Shown in pieces: positions 46,123 to 54,617 of a stretch of DNA of 63,405 nt (positions are counted from its first letter, which is position 1; each line of letters starts with the position of its first letter). The position numbers and the translations under genes were made by a program. Source of the stretch: an uncultured Clostridium sp. GTDB lineage: Bacteria > Bacillota > Clostridia > Lachnospirales > Lachnospiraceae. The DNA lies in contig CAYTOQ010000001.1 of NCBI GenBank assembly GCA_964439445.1, forward strand, positions 1 through 63,405. The letters run 5' to 3'. The notes below the pieces were generated by a model. That model was given only the letters and a program-made list of their open reading frames with translations. It was not told the origin of the DNA and ran no database searches.

Positions 46123-46893
46123 ATGAGTGTACAGTTATTAGATAAAACAAGAAAAATTAATCAACTTTTACATAATAACAGTTCTCATAAGGTTGTTTTT
46201 AATGATATTTGTAATGTTTTGAGCGAAATTCTCGAGTCCGATATCCTTGTGATTAGCAAAAAAGGAAAAGTCTTGGGAATTCGTAATCGTTCGGATATTG
46301 GTGTGATAACCCAAATGATTGCGCCGGATGTGGGACGATTTATTGATCCTATGTTGAATGAACGTTTTCTTGGTGTTCTTTCAACAAAAGAGAATGTTAA
46401 TTTAGCAACACTCGGATTTGAATTTGAGAATTTGGACAAATATCAAGCGATAATATCCCCCATTGAAATTGCGGGCGAACGATTAGGTACAGTGTTTATG
46501 TATCGCGAAGATAAGCCGTATACAATTGATGACATTATATTAAGTGAATATGGAACGGCAGTTGTTGGCTTAGATATGATGCGAAGTGTGAATGAAGAAA
46601 GTGCAGAGGAAGACAGGAAGCTTGCTATTGTACAATCGGCGATTAGCACTTTGTCCAATTCTGAAACAGAAGCAATTATTCAGGTATTTAATGAATTAAA
46701 GAGTATGGAAGGAATACTTGTTGCTTCCAAAATTGCTGACCGTGTAGGAATTACTCGTTCTGTAATTGTAAATGCGTTGCGCAAATTTGAGAGTGCAGGT
46801 GTGATTGAAACGAAATCTGCAGGTATGAAAGGAACGTATATCAAGGTTTTGAATGAGTTCGTGTATGATGAATTATACAAATTACATAGATAA
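46123..46893 (+). CDS. codY: GTP-sensing pleiotropic repressor CodY
   Basis: LLDKTRKINQLL, a GAF-like N-terminus, and a C-terminal wHTH (ASKIADRVGITRSVIVNALRKFESAGVIE) are present. Confidence 0.95.
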   Translation: MSVQLLDKTRKINQLLHNNSSHKVVFNDICNVLSEILESDILVISKKGKVLGIRNRSDIGVITQMIAPDVGRFIDPMLNERFLGVLSTKENVNLATLGFEFENLDKYQAIISPIEIAGERLGTVFMYREDKPYTIDDIILSEYGTAVVGLDMMRSVNEESAEEDRKLAIVQSAISTLSNSETEAIIQVFNELKSMEGILVASKIADRVGITRSVIVNALRKFESAGVIETKSAGMKGTYIKVLNEFVYDELYKLHR

Positions 46894-46904
46894 ATGGATT
46901 TGAC

Positions 46905-46957
46905 ATAGCAAAAGGATTTGTGGGGAGGCTCATAAGTCCTTTGCTATTGTTGTTTTA
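46905..46957 (+). terminator. Probable terminator hairpin after codY
   Basis: ATAGCAAAAGGA ... TCCTTTGCTAT, with one bulged A, followed by TGTTGTTTTAT. Confidence 0.45.
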
Positions 46958-46999
46958 TCGTATTCGTAGTATTTCAGTCTAAAAGAAGGAGGAAACGGA

Positions 47000-47392
47000 A
47001 TGATTAATACCAATATTTATAACTACATTAATGTATTGGATAAGGCTGCGGACGCATCTAATACCAGAAATGAAATTATAGCAAACAACATTGCCAATGT
47101 AGATACTCCTAACTATAAGAGAAAGGATGTTTCTTTTGAAAATTACTTAGAACAAGCGTTGATAGGAGGAGAAATCCTAGATGAGCGTGTTGCGGATGTT
47201 AATTCGCATTTGTCTGACTTTGGAGGATTGGTTTATACAGATAATTCTTCTTTGTCGTATCGCTTGGACGGTAACAATGTAGATATTGATACAGAAAATG
47301 CATATTTAGCGGAAAATCAGATTCGATATAATACATTAGTAGAACAAATCGGACAAGAATTTAATCGATATAAAACAGTATTGAATGGTTGA
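47000..47392 (+). CDS. flgB: Flagellar basal-body rod protein FlgB
   Basis: IIANNIANVDTPNYKRKDV is a rod-protein N-terminal motif. It is the first gene of the fla operon. Confidence 0.9.
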   Translation: MINTNIYNYINVLDKAADASNTRNEIIANNIANVDTPNYKRKDVSFENYLEQALIGGEILDERVADVNSHLSDFGGLVYTDNSSLSYRLDGNNVDIDTENAYLAENQIRYNTLVEQIGQEFNRYKTVLNG

Positions 47393-47402
47393 TAGGAGGT
47401 AG

Positions 47403-47852
47403 ATGGATATGAGTACAGGTATTTTTAATGCAATGAATGTTTCTGCCTCTGGTATGACGGCACAGAGAACAAGAATGGATATTATTTCGCAAAATATTGC
47501 GAATGTGAATACAACCCGTGATGAAAATGGTGAAGTGTACAAACGACAGACGGTGGTTTTTCAAGAGAATTCGAATGCTCCTTTTGACAGGGTGTTAAGT
47601 AATCGATTGGAAACGTATAAGGCAAATGGTGTCAAGATAACAGCGATTGTTGAGGATACGACAGAGGGATCCATGGTATATGATCCATCCCATCCGGATG
47701 CAGATGAGAATGGATATGTGACGATGCCTAATGTTAATACGGTTACAGAAATGACAAACTTAATTGATGCTAGCCGTTCTTACGAAGCCAATGCAACAGC
47801 ATTTAACGCTGCGAAGTCTATGGCAATGAAGGGACTGGAGTTGTTTCAGTAA
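47403..47852 (+). CDS. flgC: Flagellar basal-body rod protein FlgC
   Basis: SASGMTAQRTRMDIISQNIANVNTTR, V.MPNVN and SRSYEAN are present. Confidence 0.9.
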   Translation: MDMSTGIFNAMNVSASGMTAQRTRMDIISQNIANVNTTRDENGEVYKRQTVVFQENSNAPFDRVLSNRLETYKANGVKITAIVEDTTEGSMVYDPSHPDADENGYVTMPNVNTVTEMTNLIDASRSYEANATAFNAAKSMAMKGLELFQ

Positions 47853-47896
47853 CAATATTGTTGTGAGTTAGTAATTTTGATGGAAGGGTGAAGAGT

Positions 47897-48211
47897 ATGG
47901 CAGTTAACGCAATTAATAGTCTTGATTCGTTTAATACATTATTTGATACAGAGAATACAGCGAAAGTAACGACAGATAATACGGCTGCATTTGATAGTTT
48001 ATACAATTCTGCGATTGAAATGTATAAGGAGGCAGATGATTTACAAAATGCGGCAGAACAGTCAGAAATTGAATTCGCATTAGGATATTCAACTAGTACC
48101 CATGATTTGGCAATTGCACAACAAAAAGCAAACATTTCTTTGCAATATACAGTCAGTGTTACCAATAAGGTGCTAGAAGCATACAAAGAACTGATGAATA
48201 TGCAAATATAG
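47897..48211 (+). CDS. fliE: Flagellar hook-basal body complex protein FliE
   Basis: It is about 104 aa. The C-terminal ...HDLAIAQQKANISLQYTVSVTNKVLEAYKELMNMQI is typical of FliE. The ATG at 47897 is preceded by GGAAGGGTGAAGAG. Confidence 0.85.
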   Translation: MAVNAINSLDSFNTLFDTENTAKVTTDNTAAFDSLYNSAIEMYKEADDLQNAAEQSEIEFALGYSTSTHDLAIAQQKANISLQYTVSVTNKVLEAYKELMNMQI

Positions 48212-48286
48212 CACGAACGCAACTTTCGAAAAAATGCGTCAACTGCTTCCAGTTGTAAGCATTTTAAGAAAGTTATGTGAGTCTAA

Positions 48287-48452
48287 CGAACAGCGAGCTG
48301 AAACGAAGTGAAAGCGAGCTGCGTTCGTGCGAAAATGTAAGGAGCGAACAGCGAGCTGAAACGAAGTGAAAGCGAGCTGCGTTCGTGCGAAAATGTAAGG
48401 AGCGAACAGTGAGCTGAAGCAAAGCGAAAGCGAACTGCGTTCGTGCGAAAAT
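48287..48452 (+). repeat. 58-bp direct tandem repeat, three head-to-tail copies, in the fliE-fliF intergenic region
   Basis: Copies begin at 48287, 48345 and 48403. Copies 1 and 2 are identical (cgaacagcgagctgaaacgaagtgaaagcgagctgcgttcgtgcgaaaatgtaaggag). Copy 3 diverges at several positions. Confidence 0.9.
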
Positions 48453-48480
48453 TACTATTATATTTACGGTAGGGATTATT

Positions 48481-50097
48481 ATGTTAGAGAAACTAAAGAG
48501 TATTCAAACAAAAATTGTTGAATTTTGGAATCGTTTTACGAGCAAACAGAAAACCATGATTATTTGTATAGCGGCAGCAGTGATTTTTGTACTGGTGGCG
48601 TTAATTGTGTTGCTAAATCGTACAACTTATGTCGAATTGGTAACCTTTGCTAACACAACGGAAGCAGCAGCAGCGGAAGAAATCTTGACAGAAGAGGGGA
48701 TTGTTTTTGATGTAACAAGTGATGGTTTGACTTTTTTGGTAGCTGAAGAAAGTGAGTCTCATGCCAGACTTGCATTAGGTGAGAATAACATTGCCGCTAA
48801 TTATGATGATTCGTGGGAAAAGCTGTTTGATAACAGTATGTCCACAACAGACAGTGAAAGAAAATTGAAACAAAAACTTGTTTTACAAAATAAATTAGTT
48901 GAGGATTTGGAGACGATGTCTGGGATAAAGCAGGCATCTGTTCAGATTACAATTCCGGATTCAACCAATTCGTTATTATCGGATGAAAAGGAGTCCTCTG
49001 CGAGTGTGTTATTGGTCACAACGGATGATTTTGATGAAAATAGTGTGGAAGGTATTGCTAATTATATATCTACAGCGCTTGGTAATGATACGACAGATTC
49101 GATTCGTATTGTGAATCAAGGTGGCACATTGCTATTTGGTGGAGATAGTAATGAGTCGTCTCTGATTGGGTCTGCTTCACAGACGGTTAAGATTCGTAAT
49201 CAAGTAACAGATAATGTGCAAGATCAAGTGAGAAGCTTATTTGTTAACTCTGGTGTGTATAACGATGCTGAGGTAAAAGCGAATCTGGATATCAACTTAG
49301 ACGAAACCAAGATTCAGGATGAGCTTCATTATACAGAAGATGAGGAAGAAGATACAGGTCCCTTGTTAGAAACTTATACATATACTGCTGAAAATGTAGA
49401 TGGTGATTCGGGTATTCCTGGAACGGATACCAATGATGACGAAATTAACGATTATGATATTGTGGATGGTACATTAGCCAATAGTAGTGCGAATGTCGTA
49501 AAACAAGTCTATAGTGAAAGTGTTAAGACAACCGTTACAACAGAAGCAGTCGGAAAGGTAAATACTGCTAATTCGTCGATCGCTGTTGTACTAAGCAAAT
49601 ATGTCATTTATGATGAAGAGCAGATGAAGGACGCAGGTCTTTTGAAAGGAACTAATTTTGAAGCATTTCAAGAAGAAAATAATGAGCGTAAAGCAATAGA
49701 GGTAGATGAAGATACTTATGCGTTGGTGGAAAAGGCAACAGGTATTAGTGTGGACAATATTCAAATCCAAGCTTATGAAGTTCCGTTGTTTTATCCATAT
49801 GAGGCAAGCGCACTTGATACGGTTACTAATTATTTGCAGTTTGTTTTAGCGATTCTAATCGTTGCGTTACTCTGCTTTGTAGTATTTAAGGGTATGAAAC
49901 CTGTTGAGGTGACAGAACTTGAACCGGAGCTTTCAGTGGAGGAATTATTGGCGACAACAAAGGAAAACCAGAGTTTGGAAGATATTGAATTTAGCGAAAA
50001 GTCCGCAACGAGACAGCAGATTGAACATTTTGTTGAGGAGAATCCGGATGAAGTGGCACTCCTACTTCGCAACTGGTTGAATGATGAATGGGATTAA
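48481..50097 (+). CDS. fliF: Flagellar MS-ring protein FliF
   Basis: It has an N-terminal TM, YscJ/FliF-like domains, a second TM near the C-terminus (LQFVLAILIVALLCFVVF), and a C-terminal FliG-binding tail ending LLRNWL. Confidence 0.9.
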   Translation: MLEKLKSIQTKIVEFWNRFTSKQKTMIICIAAAVIFVLVALIVLLNRTTYVELVTFANTTEAAAAEEILTEEGIVFDVTSDGLTFLVAEESESHARLALGENNIAANYDDSWEKLFDNSMSTTDSERKLKQKLVLQNKLVEDLETMSGIKQASVQITIPDSTNSLLSDEKESSASVLLVTTDDFDENSVEGIANYISTALGNDTTDSIRIVNQGGTLLFGGDSNESSLIGSASQTVKIRNQVTDNVQDQVRSLFVNSGVYNDAEVKANLDINLDETKIQDELHYTEDEEEDTGPLLETYTYTAENVDGDSGIPGTDTNDDEINDYDIVDGTLANSSANVVKQVYSESVKTTVTTEAVGKVNTANSSIAVVLSKYVIYDEEQMKDAGLLKGTNFEAFQEENNERKAIEVDEDTYALVEKATGISVDNIQIQAYEVPLFYPYEASALDTVTNYLQFVLAILIVALLCFVVFKGMKPVEVTELEPELSVEELLATTKENQSLEDIEFSEKSATRQQIEHFVEENPDEVALLLRNWLNDEWD

Positions 50098-50131
50098 GAA
50101 TTAGTGTACAGATAGATTTGGAGGAATTGGT

Positions 50132-51145
50132 ATGGGAATGTATGATGATGATCTTTCAGGGCTTCAAAAGGCTGCGATTCTTTTGATTTCTTTAGGACCA
50201 GAAAAATCAGCAAACATTTTTAAGCATTTAAAAGAAGATGAAATAGAATCACTTACTTTGGAAATTGCCAATACACGAAGTGTTCCGCCTGATTTAAAGG
50301 AACGTGTTTTGGAAGAATTTTATGAAGTTTGTCTCGCGCAGCAGTACATTGCAGAAGGTGGTATCGGATACGCGAAAGAATTGTTGGATAAAGCTTTGGG
50401 AGAGGAAAAGGCAAAGGATGTTATTGGAAGACTTACGGCATCCTTACAGGTTCGTCCGTTTGAGTTTGTGCGTAAAGCGGATCCTTCTCAGCTTTTAAAC
50501 TTTATTCAAGACGAGCATCCACAGACAATTGCTCTTATATTAGCATATTTACCTTCAGGACAAGCGGCTGCGGTTGTAGGTGCGTTGCCACCTGAGAAGC
50601 AAGCAGATGTTGCGAAGCGTATTGCGTTGATGGATCGCACAAGCCCAGATGTTATTAAGGAAGTGGAAAAGGTTTTGGAGAAGAAATTATCCTCTCTTGT
50701 CAATCAAGATTATACGATTGTCGGTGGTGTAGATGCGATTGTATCTATTTTGAATACGGTTGACCGTAGTACAGAGAAACATATTATGGAGACCTTAGAG
50801 ATTGAAGAGCCAGAATTAGCGGATGAAATTAGACGTAAAATGTTCGTGTTCGAGGATATTTTGTCATTGGACAATCGTGCAATTCAGACTGTCCTTCGAG
50901 AAGTGGACAACAGCGAACTTGCAATCGCTTTAAAGAATGCCAACGAGGATGTACAAAATTGTATCTTCAACAACCTTTCAAGTCGTCTTGCGACTATGAT
51001 TCGCGAAGATATGGAATATATGGGTCCTGTTCGATTGAAGGATGTAGAAGAGGCACAGCAGAAGATTGTAAATATTATCCGAAAGCTGGAGGACACTGGA
51101 GAGATTGTTATTTCCCGTGGTGGAGGTGACGAGATAATTGTCTAA
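50132..51145 (+). CDS. fliG: Flagellar motor switch protein FliG
   Basis: LSGLQKAAILLISLGPE, EHPQTIALILAYL and a C-terminal torque-helix region are present. Confidence 0.95.
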   Translation: MGMYDDDLSGLQKAAILLISLGPEKSANIFKHLKEDEIESLTLEIANTRSVPPDLKERVLEEFYEVCLAQQYIAEGGIGYAKELLDKALGEEKAKDVIGRLTASLQVRPFEFVRKADPSQLLNFIQDEHPQTIALILAYLPSGQAAAVVGALPPEKQADVAKRIALMDRTSPDVIKEVEKVLEKKLSSLVNQDYTIVGGVDAIVSILNTVDRSTEKHIMETLEIEEPELADEIRRKMFVFEDILSLDNRAIQTVLREVDNSELAIALKNANEDVQNCIFNNLSSRLATMIREDMEYMGPVRLKDVEEAQQKIVNIIRKLEDTGEIVISRGGGDEIIV

Positions 51146-52019
51146 TTTGTTTAAATCTGGTTTTGTTGCGTTTGCGCAAAATGATAAACTGATTATCAAT
51201 GCAAACGAAAGCAAAATAATTAAAGCAATTGATGAAAAAGCAGAAGAAAAGCATACTTTGGAACAAGAATCGGTAGAGGAAGCATTGGCAGAAGCGCTGA
51301 TACGAGATGCTGAGTTGGAAGGAGTTGACTTTGGAGAGGATTTGATGTTGGTAGATGGAACGGATGATATTTCCAAAGGTGAAGACGCTCGAAAAATGGC
51401 AGATGATGTGATAGCTAATGCTAAGGAAGAGGCGGCTGCTATTGTTTCAAGAGCACATGATGAAGCGCAACAGCTTAGATCCTCTGCTTATGAAGAAGCA
51501 GAACAGATAAAGATAACCGCACAGCAAGAAGGATATCGTAATGGTTATGAGGAAGCTATGCAGGCTGCGGAAAAGGAAATTGCAGAGCAGCAAAATGCAT
51601 TAGAACAACGCAAACAGGCACTTGAGGTAGAACTGTGTGAGAAGGAAGAATGTTTGATAAGAGAAACGGAACGTCAAATGGTTGATTTGTTGTGTCAGCT
51701 CGTCCCTTCTATCACAGGAGTTGTAATTGAAAATCAAAAAGATGTTTTATTATATATCATTAATACTGCGATGCAGGACTTGGATAATAGTAAACATTTT
51801 GTGATTAAAGTGTCTAGTGTTGATTATGAGGATTTGGTTGAACGCAAGGATGAAATTTATGGTGCGCTGAATCCATCTATCAATTTAGAAATATTTGAAG
51901 ACGCAAAACTTAGCGCGATGCAATGCTTGATTGAGACGGATAATGGAATAGTAGATGTAAGTTTAGATGTACAGTTGGAGAATCTGATTACAGCATTGAA
52001 ACTTATGATTAAAGAATAG
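51138..52019 (+). CDS. fliH: Flagellar assembly protein FliH
   Basis: The position lies between fliG and fliI. It has an A/E/Q-rich coiled coil (AKEEAAAIVSRAHDEAQQLR...EGYRNGYEEA). The TTG start has a GGAGGTG SD. Confidence 0.75.
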   Translation: MSNLFKSGFVAFAQNDKLIINANESKIIKAIDEKAEEKHTLEQESVEEALAEALIRDAELEGVDFGEDLMLVDGTDDISKGEDARKMADDVIANAKEEAAAIVSRAHDEAQQLRSSAYEEAEQIKITAQQEGYRNGYEEAMQAAEKEIAEQQNALEQRKQALEVELCEKEECLIRETERQMVDLLCQLVPSITGVVIENQKDVLLYIINTAMQDLDNSKHFVIKVSSVDYEDLVERKDEIYGALNPSINLEIFEDAKLSAMQCLIETDNGIVDVSLDVQLENLITALKLMIKE

Positions 52020-52028
52020 GTGAGTTAG

Positions 52029-53348
52029 TTGGAAATTAATTACGGACCATATTTTTCTTTAGTGAACCGCTCTTATGTGAGGGAACTTGGAAAAGTAGCA
52101 AAAATAGTAGGACTTACTGTGGAATCAGTAGGTCCTACCTGTAAATTGAATGATTTGTGTACAATAACATCCAAGGATGGTTCTCAATCGGTTATGGCAG
52201 AGGTGGTTGGCTTTCGCGATAGCCGAGTTTTGTTAATGCCTTTTGACAGTGTGGAAGGAATCGGTTTAGGGGCTATTGTGGAGAACACAAAGGAACCTTT
52301 AAAAGTTCAGGTTGGTGAGGAATTGTTGGGTAGAGCATTAGATGGATTGGGTAGACCGTTAGACGGCAAAGAGTTACGTTTGGAGGATACCTATCCGATT
52401 GAAGCACCGCCGCCGGATGCGTTGAAACGAAAAATGATTTCGGAACCACTGTGTCTTGGTGTAAAGGCTGTTGATGGTATGCTTACGGTTGGAAAAGGAC
52501 AAAGAATTGGAATTTTTGCAGGTTCCGGTGTTGGTAAATCAACTTTGATGGGTATGTTTGCCCGTAACACTAAGGCAGACATCAACGTGATTGCGCTGAT
52601 TGGAGAGCGTGGTCGAGAGGTTCGTGAGTTTATTGAAAACGACTTGGGTGAGGAAGGCTTGAAGCGTTCTGTTGTAGTGATTGCGACTTCGGATAAGCCG
52701 GCGCTTATTCGTAATAAGGCAGCAAAGACCGCTACAGCGATTGCTGAGTATTTTAGAGATCAGGGCAAGGATGTCTTATTGATGATGGATAATATGACTC
52801 GTTTTTGTATGGCTCAAAGAGAAATTGGGTTGGCGTCGGGAGAACCGCCGGTTACCCGTGGATATCCACCTTCTGTATATTCGGAATTACCTAAGGTTTT
52901 AGAGAGAGCTGGTAATTCGGAAAAGGGTTCTATTACAGGTTTATATGCGGTTTTAGTAGATGGTGATGATTTTAATGAACCGATATCAGATACCGCTCGA
53001 GGAATTTTAGATGGTCATATAATGCTATCAAGAAAGCTGGGACATAAAAATCACTACCCTGCTATTGACGTGTTGCAGAGCATTTCTCGTTGTATGAGTG
53101 GAATTGCTACAAAGGAGCATAAGGCTGTGGCGGGCAAATTGAAAACGGTGTTGGCTACTTATAATGAGGCTGAGGATTTAATTAATATTGGTGCTTATAA
53201 ACCGGGATCCAATCCGGATATTGATTATGCGATTTCGAAAATTCGTCAGGTAAATGATTTCTTGAGACAGGATGTGAATAGCAAATATGCTTTTGAAGAT
53301 GAAATTCAGATGTTGGAAAGTATTTTTGCAGATAGTAATGTAAGCTAA
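52029..53348 (+). CDS. fliI: Flagellum-specific ATPase FliI
   Basis: Walker A (GSGVGKST), Walker B (LLMMDNMTRF) and an F1-ATPase-like fold are present. The TTG start has an AGGTGAG SD. Confidence 0.95.
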   Translation: MEINYGPYFSLVNRSYVRELGKVAKIVGLTVESVGPTCKLNDLCTITSKDGSQSVMAEVVGFRDSRVLLMPFDSVEGIGLGAIVENTKEPLKVQVGEELLGRALDGLGRPLDGKELRLEDTYPIEAPPPDALKRKMISEPLCLGVKAVDGMLTVGKGQRIGIFAGSGVGKSTLMGMFARNTKADINVIALIGERGREVREFIENDLGEEGLKRSVVVIATSDKPALIRNKAAKTATAIAEYFRDQGKDVLLMMDNMTRFCMAQREIGLASGEPPVTRGYPPSVYSELPKVLERAGNSEKGSITGLYAVLVDGDDFNEPISDTARGILDGHIMLSRKLGHKNHYPAIDVLQSISRCMSGIATKEHKAVAGKLKTVLATYNEAEDLINIGAYKPGSNPDIDYAISKIRQVNDFLRQDVNSKYAFEDEIQMLESIFADSNVS

Positions 53349-53362
53349 AGGAATGATGATTT

Positions 53363-53821
53363 GTGGCAAAATTCATATATCGTATGCAAAATATTTTAGA
53401 TATAAAATATAAGCTTGAAGAGCAGGCAAAGCAAGAGTACATGGAAGTCCGTGCCAGGTTAAATGATGCTATAGCTGAATTGGAACATTTAGAGCAACGC
53501 AAGAATTCCTATATGCAGCAGTATCGTGAGCTTGTATCAAAAGAACTTCAGGTGCGCGAGATTGAGGAATGTAAGAATGCTATTATTGTGATGGACGAAT
53601 ATATACTGAATCAGAAACAAGTTGTAAAGCGAATAGAGAGAGAATTAGAATTTGCTACTCAAAAGATGAATGTTGCAATGCAGGAGAGAAAGATTCACGA
53701 GAAATTAAAAGAAAATCGGTTTGAGGAATTTCTGCAAGAATTGAATCAAGAGGAAATGAAAGAAATTGACCAACTGATTAGTTATCAGTATAACGATAAA
53801 GAATCAAAGGAGGAGGTATAG
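53363..53821 (+). CDS. fliJ: Flagellar export chaperone-like protein FliJ
   Basis: It is a 152-aa coiled coil immediately after fliI. The N-terminal FIYRMQNILDIK..LEEQAK is typical of FliJ. Confidence 0.75.
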   Translation: MAKFIYRMQNILDIKYKLEEQAKQEYMEVRARLNDAIAELEHLEQRKNSYMQQYRELVSKELQVREIEECKNAIIVMDEYILNQKQVVKRIERELEFATQKMNVAMQERKIHEKLKENRFEEFLQELNQEEMKEIDQLISYQYNDKESKEEV

Positions 53822-53825
53822 TCTT

Positions 53826-54587
53826 ATGGCAAAAAGAGAAAAAAAAGAACGCATAGAAAAAGATGGAGAAGGAATTGGAAGTAAGATTTTATCAGGCTTC
53901 TTTGTTTTTTTGATTATTTTGGTTTGGTTTGTTATTATCATAGCTTTGATAAAATTTGATGTAGGTGGATTTGGAAGTTCGGTTTTGCGTCCGATTTTAA
54001 AGGATGTTCCTGTTGTGAACTTGATTTTGCCAAATCCTTCTGAAGAAGAGCTTGCGAAAGAGGCTGAAGAAGAGGGAGAAGAAAATAAGATTGCAACGCT
54101 TTCCCAGGCGAAGGAGCTGATTGCCCAACTAGAAGCGGAAAATGAAAAATTATCTAGTAATAACAAAACATTAAAAGAAGAAAAAAGTGATTTAGAGAAG
54201 CAAATTGAACGTTTACAAGTATTTGAAGATGCTCAAAATGAATTTCAACGTTTAAAAGAAGAATTTTATAACGAAATAGTCTATGGAGAAAACGCTCCAG
54301 ATGCCGATACATATATTGAGTGGTATGAAAGTATTGATGCAGCGCATGCAGAATCGATATATAGACAACTTCTTTTGGATGAATCTGCGGATTCAGAACT
54401 AAAGGATTTGGCAAAAACCTATGAGAATATGAAGGCGGCAGATGCTGCTGAAGTATTAGAGAAAATGGGGGATTTGGATGCAGTTGCTGAGATACTCAAG
54501 GCAATGAAAACGGATAGTAGAGCAAAGATTATGAACGAATTGGATCCAGACTTTGCGGCTAATATCACGAAAAAACTTATGCCTTAA
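53826..54587 (+). CDS. MotE/YlxF-like flagellar protein with an MgtE-N-like C-terminal domain
   Basis: It has an N-terminal TM and a coiled coil. The C-terminus reads AADAAEVLEKMGDLDAVAEILKAMKTDSRAKIMNELDPDFAANITKKL. The position is the same as B. subtilis ylxF, between fliJ and fliK. Confidence 0.65.
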   Translation: MAKREKKERIEKDGEGIGSKILSGFFVFLIILVWFVIIIALIKFDVGGFGSSVLRPILKDVPVVNLILPNPSEEELAKEAEEEGEENKIATLSQAKELIAQLEAENEKLSSNNKTLKEEKSDLEKQIERLQVFEDAQNEFQRLKEEFYNEIVYGENAPDADTYIEWYESIDAAHAESIYRQLLLDESADSELKDLAKTYENMKAADAAEVLEKMGDLDAVAEILKAMKTDSRAKIMNELDPDFAANITKKLMP

Positions 54588-54617
54588 CCACAATAATAAT
54601 ATGGAAGGAGGCAAAAT

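Noticed and set aside
46894-46999. c-di-GMP riboswitch or invertible flagellar switch upstream of flgB, as described in Clostridioides difficile
   Set aside because: Only 106 nt are available. I see none of the conserved GEMM-I sequence blocks and no long flanking inverted repeats, only the codY terminator-like hairpin.
47818-48222. 134-aa minus-strand ORF covering fliE
   Set aside because: It is antisense to fliE, whose translation carries the family-typical C-terminus. Its position would also break the otherwise unidirectional flagellar operon.
48287-48452. Possible CRISPR array, given the regularly spaced identical repeats
   Set aside because: The 58-bp units abut directly with no unique spacers between them. 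There are only three copies, no cas genes are in the window, and the array sits inside an operon. It is a tandem repeat, not a CRISPR array.
50978-51376. 132-aa minus-strand ORF across the fliG/fliH junction, and a similar 120-aa one at 53804-54166
   Set aside because: Both are antisense to well-supported flagellar genes. Both have low-complexity Ser-rich translations produced by the complement of Glu/Ala-rich coding sequence.
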